NCBI GenBank assembly: GCA_018398765.1
Contig: JAHBMJ010000490.1
Location: 1 to 45,934, forward strand
Direction: 5' to 3'
DNA: 45,934 nucleotides
DNA from: Chromera velia
Taxonomy: Eukaryota
Under the pieces are notes generated by a model. The model had not been told where the DNA came from, did no database searches, and worked only from the letters and a program-made list of their open reading frames with translations. Position 1 is the first letter of the stretch. Every line of letters starts with the position of its first letter. The position numbers and the translations under genes are program-made. Shown in pieces: positions 1 through 14,792 of this stretch.

Positions 1-639
1 TTACAGACAGTGTGCCATGAGAAACATATTAATATTCAAGATTATTTGCGAAGCGGTTTTTACGACGATTTGATGCAGTTTTTAAAACTGATGCACCCAA
101 GTCTGATGCCCCGGCCCCAAAAATATTGCGGACAGGGCATGGACAGGGCACTTAACAAAACTCGAGTGCTTCCTATGCATGCATGCAGTCCACAAATCAA
201 TTTCGCTTTCCGGGCCATTCGCATGCACAGAGTGCGTCAGATGACTTGCGCGCTCCAGTGGAGTGGATCTTCGATCGGCAGCATGAACTTGTATTGAACT
301 TGTTGATGTTCTTGAAGTAGCAATGCCTGTTTCAAGGCTGTTTGCTGGTTGTTTTGGCTAACAGCACCAAACATGAAGATCAAGAAGACCTCAATAATGA
401 CTGTCAGTTAGAAAGAAGAAGAAGAATAATACATTAAATTAACAGAAAGAATTTCAAAGAAAAAAAAAAATTATATATATATATATATATATATATGATC
501 ATAACAAAAGAAAAGGTAATGATGATAATCATATTAAAAATATGATGCTACTACTAATTTATAATACTAATACTCATAGTATATGATAAGACTGATAAAG
601 GAATGATAACATTTATAATCGCTATAGCGCATCATGGAA

Positions 640-1680
<1,041 letters not shown>

Positions 1681-1927
1681 CCGAAGCGTAAGTGTTACAA
1701 ATGTAACACTTAACCTTGTCAGGACTGATAAGACGTATCCTAAACACTGAACAAGCTCTTGAGACATCCCTGACGCTATGGAATTAGTGGAATGTGCACC
1801 GATCTGCTCTGCATATAACATTAATTTCTTCCAGGGCACCGCATGGTTGTACGTCTCAACTCAGAGCTTAAACAGTGGCGTCTTGGGCCTACAAACAAGG
1901 TGCCTTCGCGCAGGCAATGCTAAATCA

Positions 1928-2152
1928 GGGATGGGAGTGGGGGTTCCTTGGACCCAGGTGCGCACCGGGTTGCGAATTGCCTGGAGGGAGGCGGGCTCCT
2001 TGCAGGGGCCCAGAGCGCGCGTGTCTGCCCCACGTGGTGCCCAAACATGACCCGCGGCTGGATTGCATGGGGGCCCCCGTCACTCTCTGGACCCGCGGAC
2101 CAGAAATGGGACGCCGCTCCAGCTTCGTGCGCCCGCACGTCGGCAGCATCTC
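1928..2152 (+). other. Dispersed structured repeat, copy 1 (candidate ncRNA, SINE-like element or 5' leader)
   Basis: Clearly homologous to 21257-21499; series of hairpins conserved between the copies. Confidence 0.75.
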
Positions 2153-2219
2153 CTCGAGCCCTGACATCGTCAGGAGCCTGGGGTCTGGGCGGTGTTTTTC
2201 TCTTCTCTCTCTTCCTGTC

Positions 2220-4310
2220 ATGACATCGATCTTCCTGTCAGAATTCTCTGAGAGTCAAGTCAGTTTTAAAAATAATAAGACTCTGAGTCTCAGGCAGGAA
2301 ATTGAAGGAGCGCCGAGATGCAGGTGCAGGTTTCAGCGGGCGTATCGATGTGTATTAGTGAACTTGCAAAACGGAGCAGTCCATGTGACGTAGTCATTGA
2401 TCTTGCACCCGCTTCTCCGGACGAAATTCGATTCGTGAGGGAAAATGCACACGGAGCCGCGAGAATGGAAGCAGATGCTTCTAGATCTGATGGCTGATGC
2501 GCTCTCGAGCCCCTCAGTACAGTACCGCGACGACGTCTTCAGAGAGGTCAGTCATTTGGTGGTCTCAGTCGCTATGGACTATCCTGCGTGCCTTCGCCAC
2601 ATCACGTATGATCTCTGTGTCCGTGCAGGTGCTGCAAACGGTTCTCACTTGCCCAAGAGCTCCTCTGCGTTTGGCGAGTGTGGAGGCTCTGTTGGACGAG
2701 GGCCACCTAGATCTGCTTAGAGTCAGTCTGTCGGGGTCCAGGGGAGACGGCAAGTTCGGAGACGGCATGAGAAGTAGAAAACTCACATTCACTGCTTCCG
2801 CCTGCCTTACGCGTGCTTGCAGCTGAACCCGGACGTCTCGGTTCGCAGATTTTTGGCTCTGTCTCTTCGGCGCCTGGTGGAGACGGCAGAGCGAGAGGAT
2901 CTCATCACTCCCTGTAAGTCTGTCTGTCCGTCTCGGACGCGGGGGGGCGGGCAAGGAGAGAGAGAGAGAGAACATGACCTCTCTGAAATATTCGTTTTCG
3001 CCGTCCCCTGCCGGCATTCTGTCTCTCTGCAGTGTATGAAAAAATTGGGAAGCTTCTGGCAGCTCTGGCGCTTCATGAAGTGAGTCAGTCCCTTTGGTCT
3101 TGACCATATGAGTTCGTCCGTCTCTGTAGGAGGAAATAGGGAGTTCTTCCGCTACGTCCCCCTTCGTGCTTTTCTTCTGTACTGCACTTAAACACCCTTT
3201 TCCTGCGCTCCCGTTCCTCGTTGCCAAACCGATCGTGCACGCAGATCTGCCTGGTTATTGACTGTCCATCTGAATGCGCACACGAACCGCATCTCCCCTC
3301 GGAACTCAACTCAGTCCTGTCTCCTTGTAGCACACTGAACTGCTGCACTTGCCACGCCCTTCGTGAACAGATCCACTTTCTCCCACATACTTTGTTTCTC
3401 TCTCTCTGTCTTCGAAACCCATGGAGCCTTTTTTCTTCAGTTTGATGTTCTCCTGCAAGCGAATGAATTCAACTGCATGAGATCGTCTGAGAGACTGTGC
3501 GGTTCTGTCCCTGGTCGGTCTGTGTCTGTTTGCGCAGGCAAAGGATGGCAATGACCGCCACGTGCTTGCACATGCCTGCAGGGGAGGTGAGCAGTTTTCG
3601 TTTTCATGATAGTGCTCCTTTCTCTTCTTTCAATCCGTCTCGTCATGGACCTGTCTCTGCCTTTTTCTTTTCGTCCGACATTGCCGGCTTTTTGACCTCC
3701 ACTTCCTTTCACTTGCATTCATGAAGACCAGAAGAAGGATGCGGCAGCTCTCAGGATCCCCCCGCTGCCTCATTACCATCTCAGTCATACGCCTGATTGC
3801 GTCTCTCTCTTCTTGCAGCCGCGCACCTCTATCCCTTCCTCCTATGGCATGCGAGGAAACTGGCGGTCGAGTCCCTCTCTGCCCCTGGCGCTCATCAGAA
3901 GGCACTGCCTGCCCTGACGGGTGGGGGTCCACAATTGGAGCAGCAGCAGCAGCACATGTCGCCTCTCTTGCAGGTCGGCAGGCAGAGATTTCAGGAAAGC
4001 TTTGTTCTCTTTTTGAAAGTCCCATGAGGAAAAGAGAGAAGGGCCGTCTGTCATTCCCTTTCTTAATTCATTACAGGAAGAGGAGAGCTTTCCATGTCAG
4101 AAAAGTGAACAAAAGCCAAATACACCACCAAACGCACAAACAGCAGGTAGAAGGGAGCAAGATCATCCATCGTGTGTGTGCATTTTCTTCCGCGCTTTCA
4201 AGATTGCTTCTGGTTCCATGTGCATCTACACGTGTCGGTCGACAGATCGGCGTGTGTGTGTCCCACTGCGCCTCTGTTTGTGCCTTTGTGTGCCTGTTTG
4301 TGTGTGTGTG

Positions 4311-4341
<31 letters not shown>

Positions 4342-4672
4342 TGTGTGTGAGAGAGAGAGGGCAAGTGAGTGTGTCCCTCTGTTTTGCAGGGCGCAGACTC
4401 TCGACAGATGGAAGTTCGAAAGCAGGGAGAAGGAGATGAGGGGAGCGGGAGACGAGACAGAGAGGTTCAGAAGGTGGTCGACGTTCTGTCGGAGATTCCG
4501 CGCGAGTTTCTCAAAAGAGATAAAGTGGAAGTGGCAGACGGGGACATGGTGAGTTCTCCTTTCGCAACAGGCAGGCGGAGACAAAGAGAGGGAAAAAAGA
4601 GCAAGGAAGCAGAAAAAAATGGACGCACGCACACCCATCCACAGACACAGGCACGCATACGCACAGAGGAGG

Positions 4673-4712
<40 letters not shown>

Positions 4713-5767
4713 GGAAGGAAGGAAGGAAGGAAAGAAAGAAAGAAAGAATGAATGAATGAATGAATGAATGAATGAATTAATTAATTAATGAATGAATGAA
4801 TGAATGAATGAATGAATGAACGAACGAACGAACGAACGAAAGAAAGAAAGAAAGAAAGAGGCCGGACGAGAAGGACAGATCTGAGGAAAAGAGCCCAAAG
4901 AGGAGGTCGCAATTCGCTTTGCTGAGTTCGTCTATTTGCTCTGCTGAGCGCAAACGAGTGGCTGAGTAGAACTCCACCCGGCAGGTACAACGTTCTTGGT
5001 CTCTTTCCCGGCTTGCAGGTGGACGTCCAGACAGCAGAGGAACCCGTGTCTTGGAGAGCTGCAGGAACGCAGGCAGTTCTCATGCTAGAGGCCGAGGTAG
5101 GTTTTTCACTTGCCCTTTGGCTGGCTGGCTGGCTGGCTGGTTGGATCGTCGTGAGTGAAGCTGACTCATATGCTTATCACCTCTGGCAGACCTGTAGACA
5201 TGGATGATTGAGCAGATGCACGGTGAAAATCTAGCAGGCTTTCCGTCTGCTCTTGCCGTGTCGCGAGTGTTTTACTCTTCTTGACAGTCCCCCTCGTGTA
5301 CCTTGATTGCTCCGTTCCTTCGTGCCCCTTCTGGTCGTTCGCCCCTTCCATGCACCTACCTGTTTGATCTCGTGCAGCTGGTAATTCTGGGACCTCCACA
5401 GCCCCCCGCTCCGAGAGAACTGTCTGGGGACGACAGCGAAGAACGAGAAAAAAAAAGACGCAGACTCACGGTACCGCAACAGGCTAAGCAGACAGAGACA
5501 CAAAGACGGTACGACGGCTCACCTTCAGGGGGAAGCCATGCCGATCTTCTACAGTCTGCATTGGTTCTGTTCTCATCCCTCCTTAGGCGGGGAGGGGGAG
5601 GGAAGGAGGCAGGTGCCGGCGAAGTGTGGGTAGTACGCTCGCTTTGCAGGGCGCTCCAAGCCGCTCCGAATTTATTGTGTCACTTCTCTGAAGATTTGAA
5701 GGCGAAACTCCGAGAACGCAGAGGCACAAACACGAAGGTGGGTTGGATCACCGATCCTCGACGCATC

Positions 5768-5800
<33 letters not shown>

Positions 5801-8800
5801 ACAGCCAAAAGTTTATAGACAGAAAAATGTGTTGAGGAGCTGTAGAGAAGGAGGCGTGCTCTGGGTTTTTCGTTCTTTGCGTGTGTCTGTGCGAGTGTGT
5901 GCGTCCTTCCATGCCAATGCGAGTCGTTGGTTACCCTGTTCCATTGCTGTGTCACTGTGTCTGTGCAATGAATGTGAGGTATGTGACGATGTGGTGTGCG
6001 TCTGCAGGCTGGCGGACGGCTTTTAAGCATAAAGCGACTAGTGGCACGTTTGGCATCTGCGCTGCTTCTAACACAGGGCTGCAGAGAGTGGGAGGGAATA
6101 GCAGAAAGTCTCCTTGAGGCCTCCACAGGCGCCCAGAAGCTATCACTCACAGAAGCGAGGCTCCAGGGTCTCCTTCCCGCATCGTTACTGTTCGAAGCGG
6201 AAGAGGGTCCCCCCGCAGACCTCACAAGTACCTCTGCAGCTCCCGGAAGGAGCCTGCGGATGTTCCACAATTCGCTTTCCGGGGCCTTTGAGCCTGTTGT
6301 GCCCTCTCTGATTGAGGCCCCCTCGGCCTTGGCACTGCGTCTGAGACGAAAGACAAAGGACCTACAGCCTGATCAGGCGGCTCTTCCGAACAGGCAGAGA
6401 GAGGTCAGAGGTGGGGAGGGATAGGATGAGAGGCTTTCTGGCTACTGGTTGTCTCGTGCTGTCTTATCCGTCAGTTGTCTTCTTTCTCAGAAAGCACGGG
6501 AGACTCTCTGTGACGGTGTCCCTCCTCTTCTTTCCCTCTCACTTGTCAGATTGATAAAGGGTGGCTGTGAAAGGATCGTCGAGGCCGACTAGGAGAGTGG
6601 GCTGTATGATTGTCTGATGTCCTTTCACGTGGATGGAATTCTTGGGTCCTTGACTCATGGTGGCTGGGAAACTTGCATGTGCTTCTTGATGATTCTGTAC
6701 CCTTATCATTTTGTGTGCAGGTAGAACTTTTGCTCTTTTCCCTCCGAACTGCACGTCACTGTCTGTCAGACGCCATGCGGTCCGGAGACGCTGCTGGAAG
6801 AACGGCAGCAGCTCTCGAGCAGGATGGGGGGGCGGGGGCGGTGGTCTCTTTGCAGACTTCTACTGGGAAAGACTCAGAAGGGAGGAGCCGAATGGCTGCC
6901 CCTTCTTCTTCCTCTTCTTCTTCAGCTGCGGGGCCTGCAGATGCAGCCTCCTCCCGAATTCTTGCGCTTCCCCGGAAGCCAACGGAAGGGTCGGGGACTT
7001 TCGAAGCATCGGATGAGGAAGAGGAAGAAGAGGGGGAGATTATTGAAGGGCGGGAAGCAAAGCAGGAGTCCAGAGGTCTCGAATGTCTCTGGAAAATCCC
7101 CACATTGCCCAAGGGGGGTGTTGCACGGGGGTCTGCTGTGTCATCTTTGCTTCCGGCATCATCCGGGAAACGGAGGAAAACTGGAGAACGGGGAGGGGAA
7201 GATGCATTCGTGGTTAACTTGAATGTGGACAGCAGTCAGACAATTGTTTTGGCTTCTCTAGTTTCTGGTCTTTCGGAAATGGCGTCTGCTCACTCGCCCT
7301 CTGCGACCCCCAGCAAGTCCTTATTGAAGGATTCAGAGGCCTTCCCACTTTTTCGGGGCCGGCTAGAGATCCTCTTTCGAGCAGCGTTGGGATCCCTTCT
7401 TGAGTCTGGGGTTGACATGAGTGAGGAGGAGGAGAGAGTCGTGGGGAAGCAAATCGAATTTGTTCTTCGACAACTCGCATCCCTCGAGCTCGGCGGGCCG
7501 ACTGACGGTCATATGAGTGGTGAAGAACAGAAGGAGAAATTTTTTGGTGCCTACTTGGAAGCGGCCATCCAATTGATGATGTTTGTTGACAGCCGGTGGG
7601 TTGGCGTAGAAACTCTAAGCCATAGTTCGATTTATTGTCTCTCTGAGTTGTTTTCTTTGTTTCTACATACAAAGGAAAAGGCCACTTTTCTCACGTATTT
7701 GCGCATTCATTGCTTGTGTATAAAGCAGAACAGACCTCAACGCGATCAACCTTTCGTCAACACAAGCATGCAGCAGATGTTTTTTGATTCTGTGTGTCCT
7801 CTCCCCCCGCCGTCGGCACTTTTTGGGACTCATCTTTCTCTTTTCTTTATACGACGACAAAAGAGACTTCTCATTCCTTCAGCGAGCTCTGTGTTTCTCC
7901 CCTTCCCTTCTGTCTGTCACTTGCACGCAGACTTCCAAGGGATTCCGACTCTGAATTCGAGCCCACGAACGAAAACGTGGGGGCGTTCATTGACCTAGTC
8001 AGGAAAGGTGATTCCCAGGAAGAAAACGAAAACGAGGACAAAGAAGAAGAAGGGGCCAACCGCCTTGCCCTGGAGCCTCGGGGTCGTGTCCTCCTCTTCT
8101 GTCTTGCTCCTCTCTTCCGGGAGGGCCTCCTGGAGAAAAAAAAATATGCAGCCAACCAGCCCCTCCTGCCCCTTTTGTTACGAACCCCTGGCCTTCCTCC
8201 GGAAGCTCTCCGTCTCCTATGGCGAATCTGTCACTTCCTTCCCGCCTTCCCTGGATGGAAAAGAGACGATGGCAGAGGTCGGAGAGAGACGGCAGAAGAT
8301 TAGATAAGATCAGACGAAATTCTTCGACTCTTTTTCTTCTCTCTAGGCAAATGGGTCCAGTCCGGTTTTGGGGTGCTTTAAGGGTAGGCCGGCAAGTTCA
8401 GAAGTATGAGAGAGGGAAAAAGGGACAGATGCGGAGTCTCCTGAGAAAAAAGAAAGGCGCAGGGCCATCGATGAATCTCAGCAAATCGCATATGTGCAGC
8501 TCGAAGCCTTCTCTTCCGTACTCGAGCATCTTCTCTTTTCGTGTTCCGTCTCCTTGTGTTCCTGACAGCATCTCTGAGGACTTTTGTTGCTTTTGAGGAT
8601 GTTGCGGGAGATCATCGCTCTTCAGTTCTGTGGTCTTCTTTTTGTTCTTTTCTTTCTTGTCTCTTGCTTCTTTGTACTTTGTTTCATAAAAACAACTTTT
8701 TTCTCTTTGTTGTCGGTCATTCTTTTCATCGCCCCCATTCCGCTCCCTCCCTGCAGTTGCAGCCCCCTCCCCAGCCTCAGAAGGCGCGAAGATTATGCGC

Positions 8801-9389
8801 ATCAATGCTCTTGTCACGCTGCGAGAGGTGGCTCGACGTCATGAGGGCTTTCTTGAACGGCGCTCGGCTCTCGGGCTTCTTTTTCTCCTGGCCAGCAGTC
8901 CGCTCCCAACCGTTAGGTTCGACGCTTGCCGCCTTTTTCTCTTGCACGTCTACGTTTTGGTGGCTCCCGATGCAGAGCCTGGTGTGAAGGCTGAGGAGGA
9001 AGGCGAAGAAAAAGAGGCAGAGAGCAGCGCACAGGCAACGTGGATGCTTCCGGAGGGACATGTGTTTGTACAGAGCCCACAACAGACGGTCTCTGCAGAC
9101 TGGTGCGTCGAGGGGAGCGAAGAAGACGGGGTGCCTGAAGCAGATTCAAATAGAGCTGCGGCAGCAAACAGCCGGGAGACAGGGGGGGGGAAGGACTTTG
9201 TGGATGAGAAAGTTTTGTTTGGGAGATGGGTCGAAGCATTGGTTACACTCTCAGCTTTCCAATGGTCAGTATGTCTGTCGTCTAGCCGGTGTCCTTGCAT
9301 CGATTCAAATTCCGTCCTCCCTTCACTTTGCAGACACAAACGCTGAAACTCCCACTGACATTCATACACGCACGCATGCGCGCGCGCAC

Positions 9390-9427
<38 letters not shown>

Positions 9428-9449
9428 GCACGCACACACACATACATAC

Positions 9450-9521
<72 letters not shown>

Positions 9522-10243
9522 TGTGCGCGCTCGCTCAGTTACGCACATATACAGTCTTTTTCGTACACCACACACAGACGGAGAGGATGGCATAGGAGAG
9601 CTGGGAAGAGGCGAATCGAGGAGGAACATTTGGTTTCATATTCGTTTTGTTGATTGCAACCCTGCTTGGTGCAGCCTGGACCTGTTGGGTTTCGGCGTTG
9701 TCGGACCCCGAGGACAGGGGGAGCAGAGCGGTCGGACTGCATTGAATGGAGACCCTTCCAGTGAGCTTGTGCTTCCTGTGCCTCTAAAGGCTGCAGAAGG
9801 CTCTTTTGTGGACATTCTGTTGAAGAGGCAGAAGGACATTGCACGACAGAGCGCAGACCCACTGGAAGGTGCAAAGGGAGCCGTCTTCCCTCTTTGTGGG
9901 CTGTGTCTAAAGTGCCCTGCCCTCGTACACTCCGTCCTCACAATGTTCGCCTATATCTCTGCTAGCGAGGAAGAAAAGAAGAGCAGGGAGACGCAGAGTG
10001 TGAAGGCAAAAGCCCAGGAATCTGCCGACGCTCACGCCAACGGAACAGTGAAGCAAGAGGAGGACGCGGAGGAGAAGGAGGCGACAGAGACGGACGAAAA
10101 GGCCCCAGCGGGAATGGAGGAACGCACGCTGCTGGCGTTCGTTCTCGAGCATCTGTATAAGACAGGAACTAGCCTTGGTAAAACCCCGGAGGTCGGCCAG
10201 TCTGTTGCCTTACACACACATATACACACACACACATCCACAT

Positions 10244-10275
<32 letters not shown>

Positions 10276-13200
10276 TTGCACATGCAGTTTGAGATCAAAG
10301 TACAGCAAACGAAAGAGAAAATGATGTGTGTCTCAAGTCGCTGTTGATGGCAAATCCCACAGAGAAAAGAGAAGCGAAAGCCTCGCAGTTGTTGATGTTG
10401 TTGTTGATTCTTCTTTGTGTCCTTCTGTATCTCTCTCCAAAACTGAAATGGTCTCTCGGCTCTGTGTCGCACTTTTTCACAGAGTGCGCCTAACTTTCCT
10501 GTCTGTCAACCCCTGTCTCGCAAATATGTTGCACATGATGATTTTTCGGTGCCCCCCCTCCCCTTCCCGATATTTGTGCAGGGACAAGCAGAAATTGCCC
10601 GTGCTCTCAACGTTGCAGCCCTGCCGGTCTTGGTTCCTCTTCTCTACCTTCTCGCTTACGCGTCAGGCGTCGCCCTGAAGGAGCCCCAGGCAGAATTTGA
10701 CGTGTCCACAGCAGCTTACAACAACTGGATATTCACTCTGTCTGACGAAGCCAAAAAGCAGAAGCACGGGGGGGACGCACCGTCTGAGAGCGTTCGAAGA
10801 GCGGTGATGTGCGCCTTCAGGAGACTGACCGACCAAGAGGCTGAGGTTAACAACCATGCATTGCCACAAGCACCTTCCCACATTCCCCTGCTGCTGGTGT
10901 TTGCCCTCGAAGAAGTTGCGATTGACAAACGGCTCTTCAAGGATGCTCTTCCCCATATTTTCAGAAGTTCGCTTGACCGTGCCGGCCTTGGGGTCGTCTT
11001 CCGTCGGCTTCTGCGGTCGCCTAATTCACAGGTTGGTTCGTCAGGCAGCACGGCACTTTTCCGATCTTCGAATGAGTGTATGGGTAACTTCTCTGAACAC
11101 CAAATTGATTGCTGATTCTTGATGAGGGTAGACGGTGATCGGTGCTGCGTATCACTCTGAGCGTGAAGCGGAAAGACGTTGGCCAATCTCCCTGCGCCCC
11201 TGTGGAAGCGATACTTTACGTGCCAACTTCTCTTCTTCTGCTGCGGTTTCATGATGCGATGCGAACGCATCGGACAGACAGGAATGCACGCATTGTGCCT
11301 TGCAGGTTTCTGCAAACGAGCTGTTGATGTCTATCCTGGAGCTGGGAGGGCGTGGAGGAGCTGGAGGAGCCTCCAGACAAACTCCCTCTGGAGACGGTGC
11401 GTGCATCAAAAGAGGGAGGGCAGGGTGGGGGGGTTGCGGAGGTAAAGTGAGAATTGTGCGTGACGTTGCTTGTGGGGGGCTCAAAATGGGATTCGTTATG
11501 AATGCTTCATCGCAGCTTTTCTTGTGATTGTATCGGCATGTTCGGTGTGCGGGACCATTCGCAAGACCATTTAGTCCACTTGCTTGCTTATCGGGTCCAT
11601 TAATTTCAAAACATCTCTTTTCAAATTTGCCTTCACCTCTATTGAATGCCACCTCTCCCCTCGCCTGCAGGGCCTTCTGTGGCGAACATTCCCGGCCCAC
11701 CTCCCGCAATGAAGCGGCTTCTGGAGGCTTTCGACGCCTGTGTGAATCTGTGCGTTGAGAAGGAGAACCAGGAGGAGCTGCGGACCGTCTTCTCTCCAGC
11801 AGTCAGTAAAGGGGCAAAGCAGAGAAGAGAAGCGAAGCGGAGACAAGAGAAGTGAAAAAGATCCCAATCACAGACGAGAGATGGAGGGCAGAGTGGGGAG
11901 AGATTTGTTGGCATGCAGAGTTCAGTAAACCTGAAGTTGGTGGGGTGTTCCAATTGGTGCGTGCAAGCGTTTGTCGGTGCAAACTTGATGCCTGGATTGA
12001 TTTGTGGTCGACGCTATGGGAGTTGTTGACGTCCGGTAGCAAAGCGCGGTGCCGCAAAGCGATGCTCTGCTCTGGTGCACTTCCTCTCTCTCTCTCTCTC
12101 TCTCTCTCTGTGCGTGTGCATGGACCGTCTCCAGCTCACGCTTCTCTCCTTTCATGCATCTGAGAACATTTTGGCGTCAATGGTTGTTTTGTTCGCTTCT
12201 CGTGTGGGAGAGAGCCCCTGTGCCTGTAGAGCTAGGCTCTTCACAAAGTTCATCCACTGGGACGCGACTTCAAAATGGTTTTGTCAATATTGAAGTTGCC
12301 TCTGCGTGCTTCCCTGCTTTTTCGCCTGTCAGGCGTTCGGCGTTTGCGCACAGAGACTGATCGAGGACAGGACCAAGCCTCTTCCTCGGCTGTTTGGAAG
12401 AATGGTCAGTCAGCCAAACAGGTAGACAGACAGACAGTAGGTCGCTCAGTGAGGGATGAGTCAGATCCTTCTTCTTTCTTTGTCTCCTGACGGGGGGGGA
12501 TCTTCTTTCTTTGTCTCCTGACGGGGGGGGATCTTCTTTCTTTGTCTCCTGACGGGGGGGGATCAGTTAGTCCATCCATCGCTCTCTTCAGATTGGATCG
12601 GATTGAGCTGCATGGGGCTGGCAGACAGAGACCTCTTCCTTCCTTCTCTCTCTGCCCTGCCCTCTTGCTTCGACCAAACGCATCCCCTCCTTCCCCTCTT
12701 GCCTCCCACCTGCCCACCTTCCTTTCTGTAGGCCAGCCGTTCCTCCGTTCTCTTTGTCTGCCTGCCTGCCGGTCTCTCTGCCCGCCTGTCTTCCTCTGCT
12801 TGTTTACATGTCCGTTTGAGTGTCCGGTCCTTTTTTTTCTTTCTGCTTTCACTCTCTCAGTGACATGAACTTATTTCCCTCTCTGCATGCAGCTCTTGCA
12901 AATAACTGACAAGATGCAAAACCTCCACGAGAAGGTTGTCACTGAAATGCTCCCGACGCTGTTGCAGAGAGAGGTCAGGGAGTGAAGGAAGTGAAGAAAG
13001 TCCAATCAACCAATCATGCCTACAGAGGAGAGACACACAAGCTTTCTAGAAAAGCAGACAGACAGACAAAAAGGGACGACACTAAAACGGGCTCGCAGAG
13101 CGACTCCGTCAAGCTGGCTGGATTTTGTTCCCTTTCATCCTTCCTTCGGCTCTGTCTATGTCTCCATCTCTGCGGCTGAACTCTTCGCAATCACTTCACC

Positions 13201-13951
13201 CAATCTTTACCCAGGCTCCCTCCTTCTTTGTTTCTCCTTTGTTTTCAAAAACCCGAAGTGCTCTTGGTTGAACACACGCTCCTCTGTCCTTCATCGCTGT
13301 GCCTCTGCCTCCTGACTGAAATTTGGCCATGGAATGACAACTACACTGCTTTGCCACTTTCTGCTGCAATCGTTAATTTTCCTTCTGCTGCCTGCACACA
13401 GCCGTGGAATGACAAGGATCTCTGGAGGGGTGTGAAGACATCGGTCAACCGCCTGTTGACGCACGAGAAAGTCGCCAAGAAAGCAGCAGACCTGGTGCTC
13501 ACCTTGCCGCAGTGAGTCAGTGAGACAGACAACTGAGCCTTCCTTCCTCTTCGGTCCCTTGGTGTTGACACAGCAAAAACACTTTTGGCTATATCACTGT
13601 CTCTCTAACATGCGCCGACACTTTCTTGCTGGCTCGCCCGCCCATTCTCCAGCTATGCCTCCGTCCATACCTCCCTTCCCCCCCCCCCCNNNNNNNNNNN
13701 NNNNNNNNNNNNNNNNNNNNNNNNNNNNNNNNNNNNNNNNNNNNNNNNNNNNNNNNNNNNNNNNNNNNNNNNNNNNNNNNNNNNNNNNNNNNNNNNNNNN
13801 NNNNNNNNNNNNNNNNNNNNNNNNNNNNNNNNNNNNNNNNNNNNNNNNNNNNNNNNNNNNNNNNNNNNNNNNNNNNNNNNNNNNNNNNNNNNNNNNNNNN
13901 NNNNNNNNNNNNNNNNNNNNNNNNNNNNNNNNNNNNNNNNNNNNNNNNNNN

Positions 13952-13983
<32 letters not shown>

Positions 13984-14404
13984 CGCGTGCGACCGGAAGT
14001 TCAGCGCTTGTCCCCGTAATCGTGACCTGTTAAGAGCGTCGCCAAGAGCTTTTTGTATACACGCAAAACTTCCCCTCTCCCGTGCTTGCGTTCAGAGCGC
14101 AACTAGCAGAGATCCTGAAAGAGAACAAAAACTGGGCGAAGGTCCTGCAGGACAGGGTGAAAGCTGCGGTCAGTCGACAGAAAGCGATCGAGAAGACAGA
14201 AAACGAGAACGCGCCTTTCTTTTCAGCATGCATCACTTCCCTTGGCTCCTTCCTGCAAATTACAGTCCCGTTTTGTCTTTCTGTAAAGCAAAAACAAGCA
14301 GCAGAGAAGTCACATTGACACTTCCGTATGTCGGATGCGCCAGCCCTGATGAATCCGTGGGGATGGACCACTTTGTCTTCCCGCTTTTTCAAGTGTAACA
14401 CTGT

Positions 14405-14454
<50 letters not shown>

Positions 14455-14792
14455 GTGTGTGTGTGAGAGAGAGAGAGAGCATGTATGTGTATGCGTGAGA
14501 TCACACGTGCGATTGCACGGGTGTGCTTCCGTCCTTGAAAACGATTTCGCGCTTTCTCTCATTCTCCGTCCCTCCTTCCGACCGTTCCTCTGCCTTTTCC
14601 CGCACAGGGACGCTCGGCAGCCTTTGGAGCACACGTCTACGAACTCCTGAAACTAAAGAAGCCTGCCTAACTCGGAATTTGCTTGCAAATCGGATCACTG
14701 CGCAGAAAGCGATACTGGGCATCAATCGTTGCCGTCGGGGCCCGGGCTCGGTGGCGAAGATGCGGTTAAAGTTGGGGTTGAGAACAATTTGA
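2220..14792 (+). CDS. Large multi-exon hypothetical protein, helical/Leu-rich; may be more than one gene; start codon uncertain
   Basis: Chain of protein-like segments bounded by YAG acceptors and GT donors, approx. 2445-2546, 2629-2721, 2823-2912, 3819-3973, 4390-4548, 5019-5096, 5378-5737, 6008-6402, ~6720-7790, 7931-8277, ~8780-9266, ~9665-10191, 10580-11030, 13400-13511, 14096-14156; last exon ~14608-14792 ends ...KMRLKLGLRTI-TGA, followed by AT-rich DNA; no family recognised. Confidence 0.6.
4679..4860. repeat. Compound intronic microsatellite (GA)n-(GGAA)n-(GAAT)n-(GAAC)n-(GAAA)n
   Basis: Directly visible. Confidence 0.95.
12470..12564. repeat. 31-bp tandem repeat, about 3 copies (TGTCTCCTGACGGGGGGGGATCTTCTTTCTT), intronic
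   Basis: Units start at 12481, 12512 and 12543. Confidence 0.93.

Noticed and set aside
12470..12564. Functional G-quadruplex or regulatory array
   Set aside because: Three copies of a simple intronic duplication with no further support
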